From a bacterium (lineage in GTDB: Bacteria; SM23-81; DAOVCL01), in assembly GCA_029932675.1 (NCBI GenBank), contig JAOZPP010000005.1, forward strand, positions 12,423-76,422: a stretch of DNA of 64,000 bases. Reading direction: 5' to 3'. Position numbers and translations under genes: made by a program. Below the pieces are notes generated by a model. It was not told the origin of the DNA. It saw only the letters and a list, made by a program, of their open reading frames with translations, and searched no databases. Shown piece by piece: positions 47,617-57,968 of the stretch (position 1 is its first letter; each line of letters begins with the position of its first letter).

Positions 47617-47660
47617 AAAAAAGGCTGTCTGGGCAGAATGCCCAGACAGCCTTTTATTTT
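47617..47660. terminator. Bidirectional rho-independent terminator between convergent genes
   Basis: aaaaaaGGCTGTCTGGGCAgaaTGCCCAGACAGCCttttatttt: a 13-bp perfect stem flanked by A-run and T-run. Confidence 0.85.
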
Positions 47661-47687
47661 AGGCTGATCCTATGGGAACAAAATAGG

Positions 47688-48800
47688 CTAAACCTTAATC
47701 AATTCATATCCTCTCTTCCCCAATCCCAAGCCTTCCCCATAACTAAGCTGAATGGTGTAGTCGATCTCTGGATAGATATCCTTGATCTTATCATCTCCGG
47801 GGTTGAAACTCCTCTGGAGGGCAGAGTTTTTTAGCCCCGGGCTTTGGTTGAGGAGGTCAACCGAGGCCTGGTCGATAGCTATGGGGTCTGGAGAGGCCAG
47901 GATACCGATATCGGGGACTAAAGGGGCGTCTGAACGGTCAAAGCAATCACAATCAGGGGTTATGTTCAAAAGAAAGTTGATATAGCCTACTCTCCCACCC
48001 TTTCCCCTGGTCACCGCCCAAAGGTATTCCACCATCCTCTCCTGGAGCTCCCTACTCGCTGCATCCCACTTCACCCTGATCGCCCCTGTGGGGCAGCTTG
48101 GGATACACTCACCACACCCAGTACATTTCTCTCCCACAATGTAAGCCTTTCCCTCCCTGAGCTCTATGGCCTGGGGGAGGCAGTAGGGGCGACATCTTTC
48201 ACAGCCCGTGCATCTCTCCTCCTTTATGAAAGGACGAAAGTTGGAGTGCTGAGCTAACTTACCAGCTATACTGGCACAGCCCATACCAATGTTTTTAATC
48301 GCCCCTCCAAATCCCGTCGCTAAGTGGAGCTTGAAGTGGGCAACCCCAATTAAGGAATCAGCATAAGCGATATCGGAGCCAATGTAGGCCTTTTTTATAT
48401 GTTTCCCCTCTATCTCCACCTCTTGGAAGGATTGTCCCCGCAGCCCATCGCCGATAAGCAAAGGCGCCCCCGTGACTACTTGATTAAATCCATGTTCTGC
48501 GGCCAGGAGGAGGTGGTCGTAGGAATTTGAGCGAGAGCCAGGATAGAGGGTGTTGGTGTCTACCAAGAACGGTTTCCCTCCCGCCTCCTTTACCTTCTCC
48601 ACAATGGGCCTGAGGAAGATCGGCCGGATGAAACCTGAGCCTCCTCTCTCCCCGAAGTGGAGTTTCACCGCGGTCAGCCCATCTTTCTCCACTATCCTCC
48701 CTAAGCCCGCTCGATCGAAGAGACGGCTGAGCTTCTGGAATAGGTTTGTGCCTGACCTTGTCCGCAGGTCGGTAAAGTAGACCTTGCTCTTGGTTTCCAT
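47688..48800 (-). CDS. DUF362 domain protein with 2x[4Fe-4S] ferredoxin motif
   Basis: CTGCERCRPYC...CTGCGECIPSCP ferredoxin motifs within a DUF362-like scaffold. Confidence 0.75.
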   Translation of the reverse strand: METKSKVYFTDLRTRSGTNLFQKLSRLFDRAGLGRIVEKDGLTAVKLHFGERGGSGFIRPIFLRPIVEKVKEAGGKPFLVDTNTLYPGSRSNSYDHLLLAAEHGFNQVVTGAPLLIGDGLRGQSFQEVEIEGKHIKKAYIGSDIAYADSLIGVAHFKLHLATGFGGAIKNIGMGCASIAGKLAQHSNFRPFIKEERCTGCERCRPYCLPQAIELREGKAYIVGEKCTGCGECIPSCPTGAIRVKWDAASRELQERMVEYLWAVTRGKGGRVGYINFLLNITPDCDCFDRSDAPLVPDIGILASPDPIAIDQASVDLLNQSPGLKNSALQRSFNPGDDKIKDIYPEIDYTIQLSYGEGLGLGKRGYELIKV

Positions 48801-48816
48801 TTATTTATAACCTGAG

Positions 48817-48869
48817 CCGTCAGATGCCCTCATCTGACGGGGGTAGTGGCAGAATCGGGGTTCTGCCAC
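48817..48869. repeat. Two adjacent perfect hairpins; the second (48846-48869) is copy B of the recurring GTGGCAGAATCGGGGTTCTGCCAC element
   Basis: CCGTCAGATGccctCATCTGACGG, then GTGGCAGAAtcggggTTCTGCCAC, in the 115-nt gap between two minus-strand genes. Confidence 0.55.
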
Positions 48870-48915
48870 CTCATCTTGGGTTTCCTTCATTCTTAATTTT
48901 ACATTTGGTTTTTTG

Positions 48916-49566
48916 CTAAGAGAATATCCTGAACTTGGCCAATACCCGGGCCAGTGAACCCAATATCTGCGCCTCCTGATCAGAACGTCCTTGCTGATCC
49001 GTAATCTGGCGAATTGCTGACCAGAGATAGACTACCATCGAGAGGGGGGTGAGGGTCCCTACGCCCCAGTATCCAATCCTGAGCACAGTTGGTGGAGAGG
49101 AGAAGAGGAACATAAAGAGGAGGATGAGTTGTGCCCAGGTGGTGGCCTTACCTAAGAGGTTTGGGGTAGTGAGGGTATTCCTCATCCTCAAGAAGGAGGG
49201 GAGGGGTTCACCAGAAGCGCGCAGGGCGAAAAACCAGAGCCCCCCCAGGAGGATGAACCGCCCTAAGACCATCCCAGTTATCAACCAGGTGGGGCGGCCA
49301 AGGAGGAGGCTAAAACCTAAGTAGCCAATGCCAATACAGACCTTGTCGGCCAAGGGGTCCAGGAAACGGCCTAAGGGGTTCTCCTCCTTTGATGCTCTGG
49401 CCAGGCTTCCATCCAAGAGATCAGAAATAGCTACCCAGGAGATGATCAACTTAGCGGCGAGGGGAGCCCAATTCCATTTTCCCCAGTTGCCAAGACAGAG
49501 CAGAAAGGGGGGAATCATAAATAGGCGGCTTAAGGTTAACCAATTGGCGGTTTTTCTTAGATCCAT
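48916..49566 (-). CDS. CDP-alcohol phosphatidyltransferase family protein
   Basis: D-G-x2-A-R-x8-G-x3-D-x3-D motif: DLLDGSLARASKEENPLGRFLDPLADKV, with multiple TM helices. Confidence 0.8.
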   Translation of the reverse strand: MDLRKTANWLTLSRLFMIPPFLLCLGNWGKWNWAPLAAKLIISWVAISDLLDGSLARASKEENPLGRFLDPLADKVCIGIGYLGFSLLLGRPTWLITGMVLGRFILLGGLWFFALRASGEPLPSFLRMRNTLTTPNLLGKATTWAQLILLFMFLFSSPPTVLRIGYWGVGTLTPLSMVVYLWSAIRQITDQQGRSDQEAQILGSLARVLAKFRIFS

Positions 49567-51269
49567 TATGCTTTTCCCCCTTCCTTGATAAGTTCCTCGG
49601 CCTGCTCCAAGGCGGTGAGGCTTATCCTCTTCCCCGCCAACATCCTTGCTATCTCCTTTACCCTCTCTCCCGGGGTGAGCTTACGGATCTTTGTCTGGGT
49701 CTTCCCCTGGTCAGTGGTCTTCTCCACCTTATAATGATGTTGCGCCAGAGAGGCGATCTGTTGGAGATGGGTGATACAGATTATCTGATGGGAATCAGCC
49801 AACTTCCTTAGCTTTTCCCCTACCTGATGGGCAACCTTTCCCCCTATCCCCACATCTATTTCATCGAAGATCAAAATCGGAATTTGATCTACCTTGGCCA
49901 AGATGGCCTTTAGGGCAAGCATTATCCGAGAGGCCTCCCCTAAGGAGGCTATTTTGGTCAGAGGTTTGACTTCCTCCCCGGGGTTGGGGGATATATAGAA
50001 CTCCCCCTTCTCCATCCCCTTCTCCGTGGGTTCATACCTTTCTCCTGCAACTTCAATTAGGCCATCCGCTGTCTTTAATGGGGTAAGTTTCACCTTAAAC
50101 TTAGCCTTTCCCATACCTAAGGAGGAGAGCTCTTCCTGCACCCTTCCCTCCAATCTATCTGCTGCCTGGTTCCTCTTCTGGGAGAGGAGGTGGCAAAGGG
50201 AGGTGAGATCAGCCCGAAGTTGGATGATCCTTCCTTCAATTGTTGCTAAGGCTGAATCAAAATCCTCGATTGAAGCCAATAACTCCTTGAGCTTTGCTTG
50301 GTGTTGGAGGACAGCCTCTATACTTCCCCCATACCGTTTCTTTAGTCCCCTAAGGGAGAGGAGCCTCTCGGTTACCGCCTCCAACCTGCGAGGATCGGAT
50401 TCAATCCTCCCCAGATGGGAGGTGAGGAGGTGATAGATCTCTTCCACTCGCAGGGAAATCTCCCTCAGATCCTCAACTGGTTTTTCCAACCGGTGATCAA
50501 TCTTAGCTGCCCTCTCCACCTCCGTTTCTGCCCGCTGGATATTTTCTAAGGCCGAACCGCTTGCTTGGTAGAGAAGGTCAACTGCTGTGGCCAGGCTCTG
50601 ACTGAGGGTCTCCGTATTCTCTAAGACCTTCTTCTCCTCTTCTAATTTCTCCTCCTCCCCGGGTTGAGGGTCGATCCTCTCAATTTCCCTCAACTGGAAG
50701 GAGTAAAGCTCCCTCTTCTCCTCGGCCTTCTCCTTGGCCTTGATCAATTCCTCTCGCCGGTTTATCTCCTCTTTTAAAGCCTTATAGGCAGCTCCTACCT
50801 TCCTCCTTAAAGGCCAGAGGCCGCCGAAGCCATCTAAGAGGTCCAGATGGGAGCCCCGGTGCAGGAGGGATTGATGCTGATGGGGGCCATGGAGGTCTAC
50901 CAGGAGGTCCCCTATCCCCCGCAGGGCAGCCAAGGTGATCAGCCTTCCGTTGGCATAACAATGTGATGGACCCTGAGGGAATATCTCCCTCTCCAGGATT
51001 AGTTCCCCCTCCTCGGCCTTAACTCCCCACTGGGAAAGCAACCTTTGGATAGTCTCATCCAGTGTAAAGAGACCCTCCACCTTAGCTGATTCAGCTCCTG
51101 ATCTGACCTGAGTCCTCTCCGCTCTCTCCCCTAAGAGGAGCCCTATCGCCCCGACTATTATGGATTTTCCTGCCCCGGTAGAGCCAGTGAGCACATTGAG
51201 CCCGGCACCAAACCTAATGGAGAGCTTATCGATGAGGGCGTAATCCTTAATTCGCAACTCCCTGAGCAT
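49566..51269 (-). CDS. recN: DNA repair protein RecN
   Basis: MLRELRIKDYALIDKLSIRFGAGLNVLTGSTGAGKSII (SMC-type Walker A), a long coiled coil, and a C-terminal signature region. Confidence 0.9.
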   Translation of the reverse strand: MLRELRIKDYALIDKLSIRFGAGLNVLTGSTGAGKSIIVGAIGLLLGERAERTQVRSGAESAKVEGLFTLDETIQRLLSQWGVKAEEGELILEREIFPQGPSHCYANGRLITLAALRGIGDLLVDLHGPHQHQSLLHRGSHLDLLDGFGGLWPLRRKVGAAYKALKEEINRREELIKAKEKAEEKRELYSFQLREIERIDPQPGEEEKLEEEKKVLENTETLSQSLATAVDLLYQASGSALENIQRAETEVERAAKIDHRLEKPVEDLREISLRVEEIYHLLTSHLGRIESDPRRLEAVTERLLSLRGLKKRYGGSIEAVLQHQAKLKELLASIEDFDSALATIEGRIIQLRADLTSLCHLLSQKRNQAADRLEGRVQEELSSLGMGKAKFKVKLTPLKTADGLIEVAGERYEPTEKGMEKGEFYISPNPGEEVKPLTKIASLGEASRIMLALKAILAKVDQIPILIFDEIDVGIGGKVAHQVGEKLRKLADSHQIICITHLQQIASLAQHHYKVEKTTDQGKTQTKIRKLTPGERVKEIARMLAGKRISLTALEQAEELIKEGGKA

Positions 51270-51271
51270 CT

Positions 51272-52159
51272 CTACCCCTCAGATCCCGGTTCCAACCCCC
51301 ATTTGAGCTTTTCTCTGAGGACCTGGTAGAAAGACTGTGCGGTAGAGTGGACTAACGTTATCTTGTAATCCCCCTTGGTTATCCTTACCCTATCCCCGGA
51401 AGACAGTTCATATCCCACCTGACCGTCTATGGTGAGCATTGCTAAGTTGTGATCAGAATAGACCGCAACTTCAAAGACCTCCTCTTGAGAGATGACCATG
51501 GGCCTTACTGAGAGGCTGTGCGGACAGATGGGGGTGATGATGATCGCCTCCATACGGGGGTTGATGATCGGCCCCCCGGCAGAGAGGGAGTAGGCGGTGG
51601 ACCCAGTGGGAGTGGAAAGGATGAGACCATCAGCGGAAAATGTGGAGAGGGACTCGCCGTTGATGAAGGTCTCCAATTGGATTACGCGGGAGAAACTTCC
51701 CTTGTCTATTACCAGGTCATTGAGGGCATAGAAAGTGGGTTTCCCTGGTTTGGAGAGGAGCACGGCCTTGATGATCATCCTCTTCTCCAGGGTATAGTGT
51801 TCTTTCCAGATCCTCTCCAGGGTGGAAAAGATCTCCTCTGGTTTCAGTTCGGTGAGAAAGCCCAGCCTGCCTAAGTTTACCCCTAAGATGGGGGTTCCTC
51901 TTCTCCCTACCGCCCGCGCTGCAGCGAGGAGTGTGCCATCACCCCCTAAGGCAATGATCATATCGGAGTGGCTAGCCACTTCCTCCCGGGGATAGGCCGA
52001 TTCTCTTTTACCTACCAAGGGAAGGAGCTCTTCTTCTAAGGCAAATTCAGCCCCTTTGGTCTCCAACCACTCTACCAAGGAGATTAAGACCTCCTTAGTC
52101 TTTGGCTTCTCAATGTTGGCGATAATCCCAATTCTTTTCAACATAATTTGCATCCTCAA
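51272..52159 (-). CDS. nadK: NAD(+) kinase
   Basis: GGDGTLL motif plus NE/D short motif, 295 aa. Confidence 0.9.
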   Translation of the reverse strand: MRMQIMLKRIGIIANIEKPKTKEVLISLVEWLETKGAEFALEEELLPLVGKRESAYPREEVASHSDMIIALGGDGTLLAAARAVGRRGTPILGVNLGRLGFLTELKPEEIFSTLERIWKEHYTLEKRMIIKAVLLSKPGKPTFYALNDLVIDKGSFSRVIQLETFINGESLSTFSADGLILSTPTGSTAYSLSAGGPIINPRMEAIIITPICPHSLSVRPMVISQEEVFEVAVYSDHNLAMLTIDGQVGYELSSGDRVRITKGDYKITLVHSTAQSFYQVLREKLKWGLEPGSEG

Positions 52160-52176
52160 AGTAGAGGAAAACTTCT

Positions 52177-53142
52177 TCAGGGCATAGCTTGAGCCTCTAT
52201 GCCCAGGGTTTTTCTGATCTGGCTGGCCAGGGCGGGGGCGTCTCCCACCCGATAGTTGTCGGTGATTACCAGTTCTGGCCCACTCCTTTGCACATACTCC
52301 ATCAATTCCTCAAAGTCAGAATGGTCGCTTAAGGCCACCAGATAATCCCTCTTCGCTGTCTGCCTCCAGGGGTGACTAAACTCCCATCCGGAGAGGGTTA
52401 TCCTGTATCCCCTTGTTTCGATGTATCTTTTAGCTCCTGTATGATAGAGGACGATATGGGGCCCCGCCTTTGCTTTTTTCCCCTCTTCGCTGGTCGAGGG
52501 GAGGTAGGGAGGAAACTTCATTCCATACTTTTCCCCCAGTTGGGCCAAACGGAAGGTGCGTTGGGGGAGGAGTATGGGGACCCTTAGGCCAAACCCCTTG
52601 ATCATAGCCAGAACCTCTAATAGTTTGCCATGATAGCCAAAGATATGAACTGGTCCTGATTTCAGCAACCTCTCCAGGAGTTCCTTCATCCTTTGGCTCA
52701 GTTCTTCCTTAAATTTCCTCACCTGTTCAGGATGGCCATAGGTAGCCTCTATTACCAAGGTGTCTGCCTGGATAACTTTCGTCCGGTGAAGGCAAAAATC
52801 ACCGGTGTAAAGGAGCCTTCGCCCATTTTCCCTTTCCAGCAGAACCTGAGCTGAACCTAATATATGGCCTGCTTCAAACAGGGTTATTCTCTCCCCGTTA
52901 AACTCCATAGGTTGCCCAAAGGGGAGGGGAGTAAGCCCCCCAGTGCCTCTCAATATCTTCACCAATTCCACGGTGGCCGGGGAGGAGATCACCTGATCAC
53001 ATCTTTGCAAGCTCTCCTCAAGGCCCCAGAGGTGGTCGGAATGGGCGTGGGTTACAACCCGTAACCTCCGGTTCCAATGACCATCACAGGTCACTGTATT
53101 CCCTAAGAGGACCGCCCCGTTGGGAGCTATTGAGGCATCCAT
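52177..53142 (-). CDS. Metallo-beta-lactamase fold hydrolase (beta-CASP-like RNA-processing nuclease-like)
   Basis: HAHSDHLWGL (the HxHxDH motif), with downstream His/Asp ligands. Confidence 0.7.
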   Translation of the reverse strand: MDASIAPNGAVLLGNTVTCDGHWNRRLRVVTHAHSDHLWGLEESLQRCDQVISSPATVELVKILRGTGGLTPLPFGQPMEFNGERITLFEAGHILGSAQVLLERENGRRLLYTGDFCLHRTKVIQADTLVIEATYGHPEQVRKFKEELSQRMKELLERLLKSGPVHIFGYHGKLLEVLAMIKGFGLRVPILLPQRTFRLAQLGEKYGMKFPPYLPSTSEEGKKAKAGPHIVLYHTGAKRYIETRGYRITLSGWEFSHPWRQTAKRDYLVALSDHSDFEELMEYVQRSGPELVITDNYRVGDAPALASQIRKTLGIEAQAMP

Positions 53143-53300
53143 CTAAAGAATTTAGCACAAGTTTACCCCTGAGGCAAGGAGTTTTTCGCCCTCAGAGGCA
53201 AGGCCACCGGGAGGGGAGGAATTAAACGAGTAGATATTGTTGTTTTGGTGTTACATCCTTTGGGGTGGCTGTGGAAGGGCGATGGGGCAGCTTAGAAGTG

Positions 53301-54524
53301 CTACTCGTACCTTAAGGCCGCGATGGGATTGAGTTTGGCGGCCTTGGAGGCGGGGTATATACCGAAGAATATCCCTACTGCTGCCGAGAAGGTAAACCCT
53401 AAGATGATTGACCAGATAGGGATGGTAGCCGGGAGGGGTGAAATTGCCCCCACAAGTTCACCTATTCCAACTCCAAGGCCAATGCCCAATATTCCCCCAA
53501 GCCCGCTGAGGGTTACTGCTTCGATGAGGAACTGGTAGAGGATATCGCTTCTTTTCGCTCCAATGGCCTTTCTGATCCCTATCTCCCTGGTGCGCTCGGT
53601 GACCGAAACGAGCATTATGTTCATAATGCCGATTCCGCCAACTAAGAGGGAGATCCCGGCTATTCCCACCATTGCTCCAAATACCGATCCGGTTAACTTC
53701 TTGTATACATCCATTAGCATATCCAAGGTCATAATCTCAAAGTCGTTTGGCTGATCATAGGGGACCCCTCTTCTCCTCCTCAAAACCTGAGTGGCTTGGT
53801 CTATAGCTAATTGGGTGGCCTCTACGCTCACCGGCTCGACGACGATGGTAACTGACCTTCTCCTCTTTCCATAGAATTTCATCAGGGTAGTGATGGGGGT
53901 GATGACGAAATCGTCCATTGATTCCCCCAAGAAGTTGCCCTTTGGTTCCAGGGTGCCTACTACCGTGAACCTATGTCCCTTAATGAGGACCTGTTGGCCG
54001 ATGGGATCCAGATGGGGAAATAGATCCTCGGTGATGTCCGCCCCCAGGACCACCACTGCCCTCCTGTGCTGGACATCAAGGGGGGTAAGGGATCTCCCCC
54101 TCTCCAAGGAATATTGGTGGAGCTCGAGGAATTCCGGTGTTCCCCCAATCAGCGAGATATAGGGTGTCTTTTCGCCTTTGTATTTGGCTCTTACCGGAAA
54201 CTCTTGGGCATAGGCGGAGGCCTTCTTCACCGCTGGACAGAGCCTGGCTATCGCTTGGGCATCCTCTATGGTGAGATCCTTGCGCTTTCTGTACTTCTCC
54301 CCCAACCTCCCCATCCTGATGGCGGGAAATTTCTGGATATAGAAGGTGTTTGATCCCAGCGATCTTATCTGGCCTTGCACAGATCTATTCATTCCTTGGA
54401 TCAGGGAGAGCATAGTGATTACTGTGGTTACGCCGATGACTATCCCTAAGGTGGTGAGGAATGACCTCAGTTTGTGGGCCTTGAGGGCCTGCAGGGCCTG
54501 GAAGATGTTCTCCCTTATCTCCAT
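53301..54524 (-). CDS. ABC transporter permease, FtsX/MacB-type (periplasmic MacB_PCD + FtsX 4-TM)
   Basis: N-terminal TM, a large periplasmic domain, and a C-terminal FtsX domain ([14 protein letters not shown]...). Tandem paralog of the next gene. Confidence 0.85.
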   Translation of the reverse strand: MEIRENIFQALQALKAHKLRSFLTTLGIVIGVTTVITMLSLIQGMNRSVQGQIRSLGSNTFYIQKFPAIRMGRLGEKYRKRKDLTIEDAQAIARLCPAVKKASAYAQEFPVRAKYKGEKTPYISLIGGTPEFLELHQYSLERGRSLTPLDVQHRRAVVVLGADITEDLFPHLDPIGQQVLIKGHRFTVVGTLEPKGNFLGESMDDFVITPITTLMKFYGKRRRSVTIVVEPVSVEATQLAIDQATQVLRRRRGVPYDQPNDFEIMTLDMLMDVYKKLTGSVFGAMVGIAGISLLVGGIGIMNIMLVSVTERTREIGIRKAIGAKRSDILYQFLIEAVTLSGLGGILGIGLGVGIGELVGAISPLPATIPIWSIILGFTFSAAVGIFFGIYPASKAAKLNPIAALRYE

Positions 54525-54527
54525 AGG

Positions 54528-55748
54528 CTACTCGTATCTGAGGGCAGTAATGGGGTTAAGCCTTGCCGCCTTTGCTGCCGGCCAGATGCCAAAACAAAGG
54601 CCAACCGCGGAAGAAAATCCCAGGGCAAGGATGATCGACCATAGGGGGGTGGTTGCCTTCAAGGGGGTCACCGCGGAGATCAGCTTCCCTACCCCTCCTC
54701 CTAAGCCTAAACCTATTATCCCCCCTATTCCGCTGAGGATGAGTGCCTCGATGAGAAATTGGAGGAGGATGTCCTTCCTCTCCGCCCCAATGGCCTTTCT
54801 AATCCCTATCTCCCTGGTGCGTTCGGTGACCGAGACGAGCATTATGTTCATAATGCCGATCCCCCCAACCAGAAGGGAGATGGAGCTGATTCCCACCATC
54901 ACCAAAAAGAGGATGCGAGTGAGGTTCTTGTAAACATTCATTATTGTATCTTGGGTGTTGATGGCAAAATCGTTGGGTTTTTTGGGGGGGACCTGCCTGC
55001 GGCGGCGCATAAGGGAGGTGACCTCGTCCTTGGCCTGTTCAAAGAGTCCTGACTTGGCCTCAACGAGGATGGTCACTGAACGGTGCGTGCCAAAGAGCTT
55101 CCTGAAGGTGGTAATGGGGATGATGACCGCTGCGTCCATATCGTTGCCAAACATACTTCCCTTCTTCTCCTGAACCCCCACTACCCGGAACTTCCGTCCG
55201 CCTATGCGGATATAACTTCCAAGGGGTTCCTCATCCTTGAATAACCCCTGGACAATTGTCCGGCCGATGATACAGACTTGGCGGCGATGGTTTAGCTCGG
55301 TCTGGGTGAAGAACCTGCCTCTCTCTACGGTTGTATTCCTCACTTCCTGGTAGGAGGGGGTGGTGGCCCAGATGCCTACCCTCTCCGTTGATCTATCCTT
55401 ATACTTGATCACCTTACCGGAGTAAAGCACGGGGGCTATATTCTTTACAGATGGGCAGAGTTGGGCTATGGCCTGGGCATCTTCCAGGGTGAGGTTTTTT
55501 CTGTTTCTGTACTCAAACCAATCCCGTCCAGCAAACCAGGGGTATTTCTGCAGATAGAAGACATTGGCCCCTAACCCGGCCACCTGCTGGGAGACGGCTC
55601 TATTCAATCCCTGGATGAGGGAGATGATCGTGATTACCGTCATCACCCCGATGATTACCCCTAAGATGGTAAGGAGGGCACGCACCTTGTGCATCCATAG
55701 GGAACCTATGGCCATCCGTACCCCCTCCCATAGTTCCCTAAAGTTCAT
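54528..55748 (-). CDS. ABC transporter permease, FtsX/MacB-type (second tandem paralog)
   Basis: Same architecture, [24 protein letters not shown]. Confidence 0.85.
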   Translation of the reverse strand: MNFRELWEGVRMAIGSLWMHKVRALLTILGVIIGVMTVITIISLIQGLNRAVSQQVAGLGANVFYLQKYPWFAGRDWFEYRNRKNLTLEDAQAIAQLCPSVKNIAPVLYSGKVIKYKDRSTERVGIWATTPSYQEVRNTTVERGRFFTQTELNHRRQVCIIGRTIVQGLFKDEEPLGSYIRIGGRKFRVVGVQEKKGSMFGNDMDAAVIIPITTFRKLFGTHRSVTILVEAKSGLFEQAKDEVTSLMRRRRQVPPKKPNDFAINTQDTIMNVYKNLTRILFLVMVGISSISLLVGGIGIMNIMLVSVTERTREIGIRKAIGAERKDILLQFLIEALILSGIGGIIGLGLGGGVGKLISAVTPLKATTPLWSIILALGFSSAVGLCFGIWPAAKAARLNPITALRYE

Positions 55749-56434
55749 CTGCTCTCCTCCAGGTGGATATCATCCTGAACCCTGCCGTCAAGGAGCTTTA
55801 GCCTCCGCTGAGAGTATTGGGCAATATACTCCTCATGGGTTACCAAGACGATCGTATTCCCTTCTTGGTGAAGCTTCTTAAATAACTCCATAATCTCCGC
55901 CCCTGTCTTGCTGTCCAGATTACCCGTTGGCTCGTCAGCCAAGATAATGGAGGGGCGATTGACTAAGGCCCGGGCTAAGGCCACCCTTTGTCTCTGTCCT
56001 CCGGAGAGCTCATTGGGCCTGTGGTTGAGCCTGTCCCCTAACCCCACACTTTCTAAGGCCTCTGCAGCCCTCCTCACCCGTTCGGAGGCGGGGACTCCAC
56101 TATAGATCAAGGGGAGTTCCACATTGTGCAGGGCAGTGGCGCGGGGAAGGAGGTTGAAGGTTTGAAAGACAAACCCGATCTTCCGGTTTCTTATCTGGGC
56201 CAATTCATCATCGGTGAGGTTAGCTACCTCGCGGCCAGCGAAGATGTAGGAGCCCTTAGTAGGGGTATCCAAACAGCCTAATATGTTCATTAGGGTGGAT
56301 TTGCCGGAGCCAGAGGGGCCCATTATGGCCAAGTACTCATTGGCCTCGATCTTTAGGTCGATTCCCCGCAGGGCGGGAACCTCTACTGCTCCCACTTTAT
56401 AGACCTTCTCTACCTTCTTAAGCTCGATTAACAT
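55745..56434 (-). CDS. ABC transporter ATP-binding protein (LolD/MacB-ATPase type)
   Basis: Walker [10 protein letters not shown], signature [15 protein letters not shown], Walker [12 protein letters not shown]. Confidence 0.9.
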   Translation of the reverse strand: MLIELKKVEKVYKVGAVEVPALRGIDLKIEANEYLAIMGPSGSGKSTLMNILGCLDTPTKGSYIFAGREVANLTDDELAQIRNRKIGFVFQTFNLLPRATALHNVELPLIYSGVPASERVRRAAEALESVGLGDRLNHRPNELSGGQRQRVALARALVNRPSIILADEPTGNLDSKTGAEIMELFKKLHQEGNTIVLVTHEEYIAQYSQRRLKLLDGRVQDDIHLEESR

Positions 56435-56530
56435 AATAGCGTTTTAGTTGCCATACCCCCTTCTTAATCCTCCCCTATCGAGGGGAAGGTAAGCCCAGTG
56501 GTGTGAGCAAAGTCATTCCTCTCTGACTTT

Positions 56531-56553
56531 GGCAGAGGAGGGGTTCTGCCACC
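56531..56553. repeat. Copy C of the recurring hairpin element (GGCAGAGGAGGGGTTCTGCCACC)
   Basis: Intergenic between the HlyD-like and ATPase genes. Same arms and CCACCTCG 3' flank as copies A and B. Confidence 0.5.
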
Positions 56554-56632
56554 TCGCTGGTTCTCATTCATGCGCTGCGAAAATCTGTGGTCATCAGCGT
56601 TTATGAATGACTGCCGAATCACCTAAGGTTAT

Positions 56633-57823
56633 CTACTTCTCCTCCTTCCCCAAAAGGGCCTTCTTCACTGGCTTTACCTTATCCCCGTCCTTGAGGTTGC
56701 GTAACTCCCGATAACCTCCGGTAACTACTTTCTCCCCCTCCTTCAGGCCATCCAATATCTCCATATCCGTTTCACTGCTGATCCCGGTCTTTACTTCCCT
56801 TTGATGGGCTGTCCCATCTTTGACAACGAAGACGACCTCCACCGGTTTAGACTTCTTCCCCTTTGTTGATAGGGTATCGCCTTCCTCTTTCAAAGGAGGC
56901 CGCATCACCACTGATTGGATGGGAACGGATAAGGCCTCAGGGTGATGAGCGGTAATTATATCCACAGTGGCTGACATCCCTGGGCGGAGTGAGGGGAGTG
57001 GGTCAAGGACAGAGACCTTAACCTTGAAGTTAGTGACCTCTTCTTGGGTTCCATATCCGGTGGTGGTAGCTGTATTGGATATCTCCTTGACCAAACCATG
57101 GAGAACCGTATCCGGAAGGGCATCGACTTCAATCCTTGCTTTCTGTCCTGGTTTTACATCCACAACATCGGTTTCGTCGACATCTACTTGGGCTTCAATC
57201 TTGCTCAGATCGGCAACAACCATTATCACGTCCTCCTGAAATTGGGCTCCCAAGACCATCTCCCCCTCCTCCTTGTTTAGTTTGGTGATCAGTCCGGAGA
57301 TGGGGGAAGTGATGGTGCACTTGGAGAGGTCGTCTTCAGCCTCCTTTAGGGATGCCCGCCCCTGTTCTACTCCGCTTTTCGCCGCCTCGTATTGGGCCTG
57401 GAGGAGCTCCATCTCCGATTCTGAGGTTAACCCCTTTTCGTAGAGCTCCTTTGCCCTTCTGTAGTCCCCTTCCACCTTTTTTAGGTTAGAGATTGCTGAT
57501 TTGAGGCTCGACCTTGCCCTCTCCACATTGGCTACATACCTGGTCTTGTCCAGGAGGACGAGGAGTTGCCCCTTTTCCACCTTTTGCCCCTCCTTCACCG
57601 GAAGGCTAATAATCCTCGCTGGGATATTGGCACTTATCTTCACCATCGTTTCTGGCTGGATCTTTCCTGAAGCGGTGATCTTAGATTTTAGATCCTTCCT
57701 TTTCACCTCTTCTACCTGCACCTTTACGACCGGTTGGGTTGACCTGGTCAAGTTCAGGATGATGATGAGCACCACTACACAGAGGCCAATGCCAATAAGG
57801 ATCGTCTTTTTCCCCTTAGTCAT
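56633..57823 (-). CDS. Efflux periplasmic adaptor (HlyD/MacA family membrane fusion protein)
   Basis: N-terminal TM, coiled-coil hairpin, and beta-barrel/lipoyl segments typical of membrane fusion proteins. Confidence 0.85.
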   Translation of the reverse strand: MTKGKKTILIGIGLCVVVLIIILNLTRSTQPVVKVQVEEVKRKDLKSKITASGKIQPETMVKISANIPARIISLPVKEGQKVEKGQLLVLLDKTRYVANVERARSSLKSAISNLKKVEGDYRRAKELYEKGLTSESEMELLQAQYEAAKSGVEQGRASLKEAEDDLSKCTITSPISGLITKLNKEEGEMVLGAQFQEDVIMVVADLSKIEAQVDVDETDVVDVKPGQKARIEVDALPDTVLHGLVKEISNTATTTGYGTQEEVTNFKVKVSVLDPLPSLRPGMSATVDIITAHHPEALSVPIQSVVMRPPLKEEGDTLSTKGKKSKPVEVVFVVKDGTAHQREVKTGISSETDMEILDGLKEGEKVVTGGYRELRNLKDGDKVKPVKKALLGKEEK

Positions 57824-57968
57824 AGGATAACTCCATTTCTTTGGTTCAATTATTCATTAGCTTGGAAGGCCCCCTAAAATTTGGGTTAGTTCGTAAAATA
57901 GCAGAGATGAACTTGAAGATCTATCAGGATCTCTAAGAAATTCCGAAAGGCGAAGCGCTTTAGCGGCC

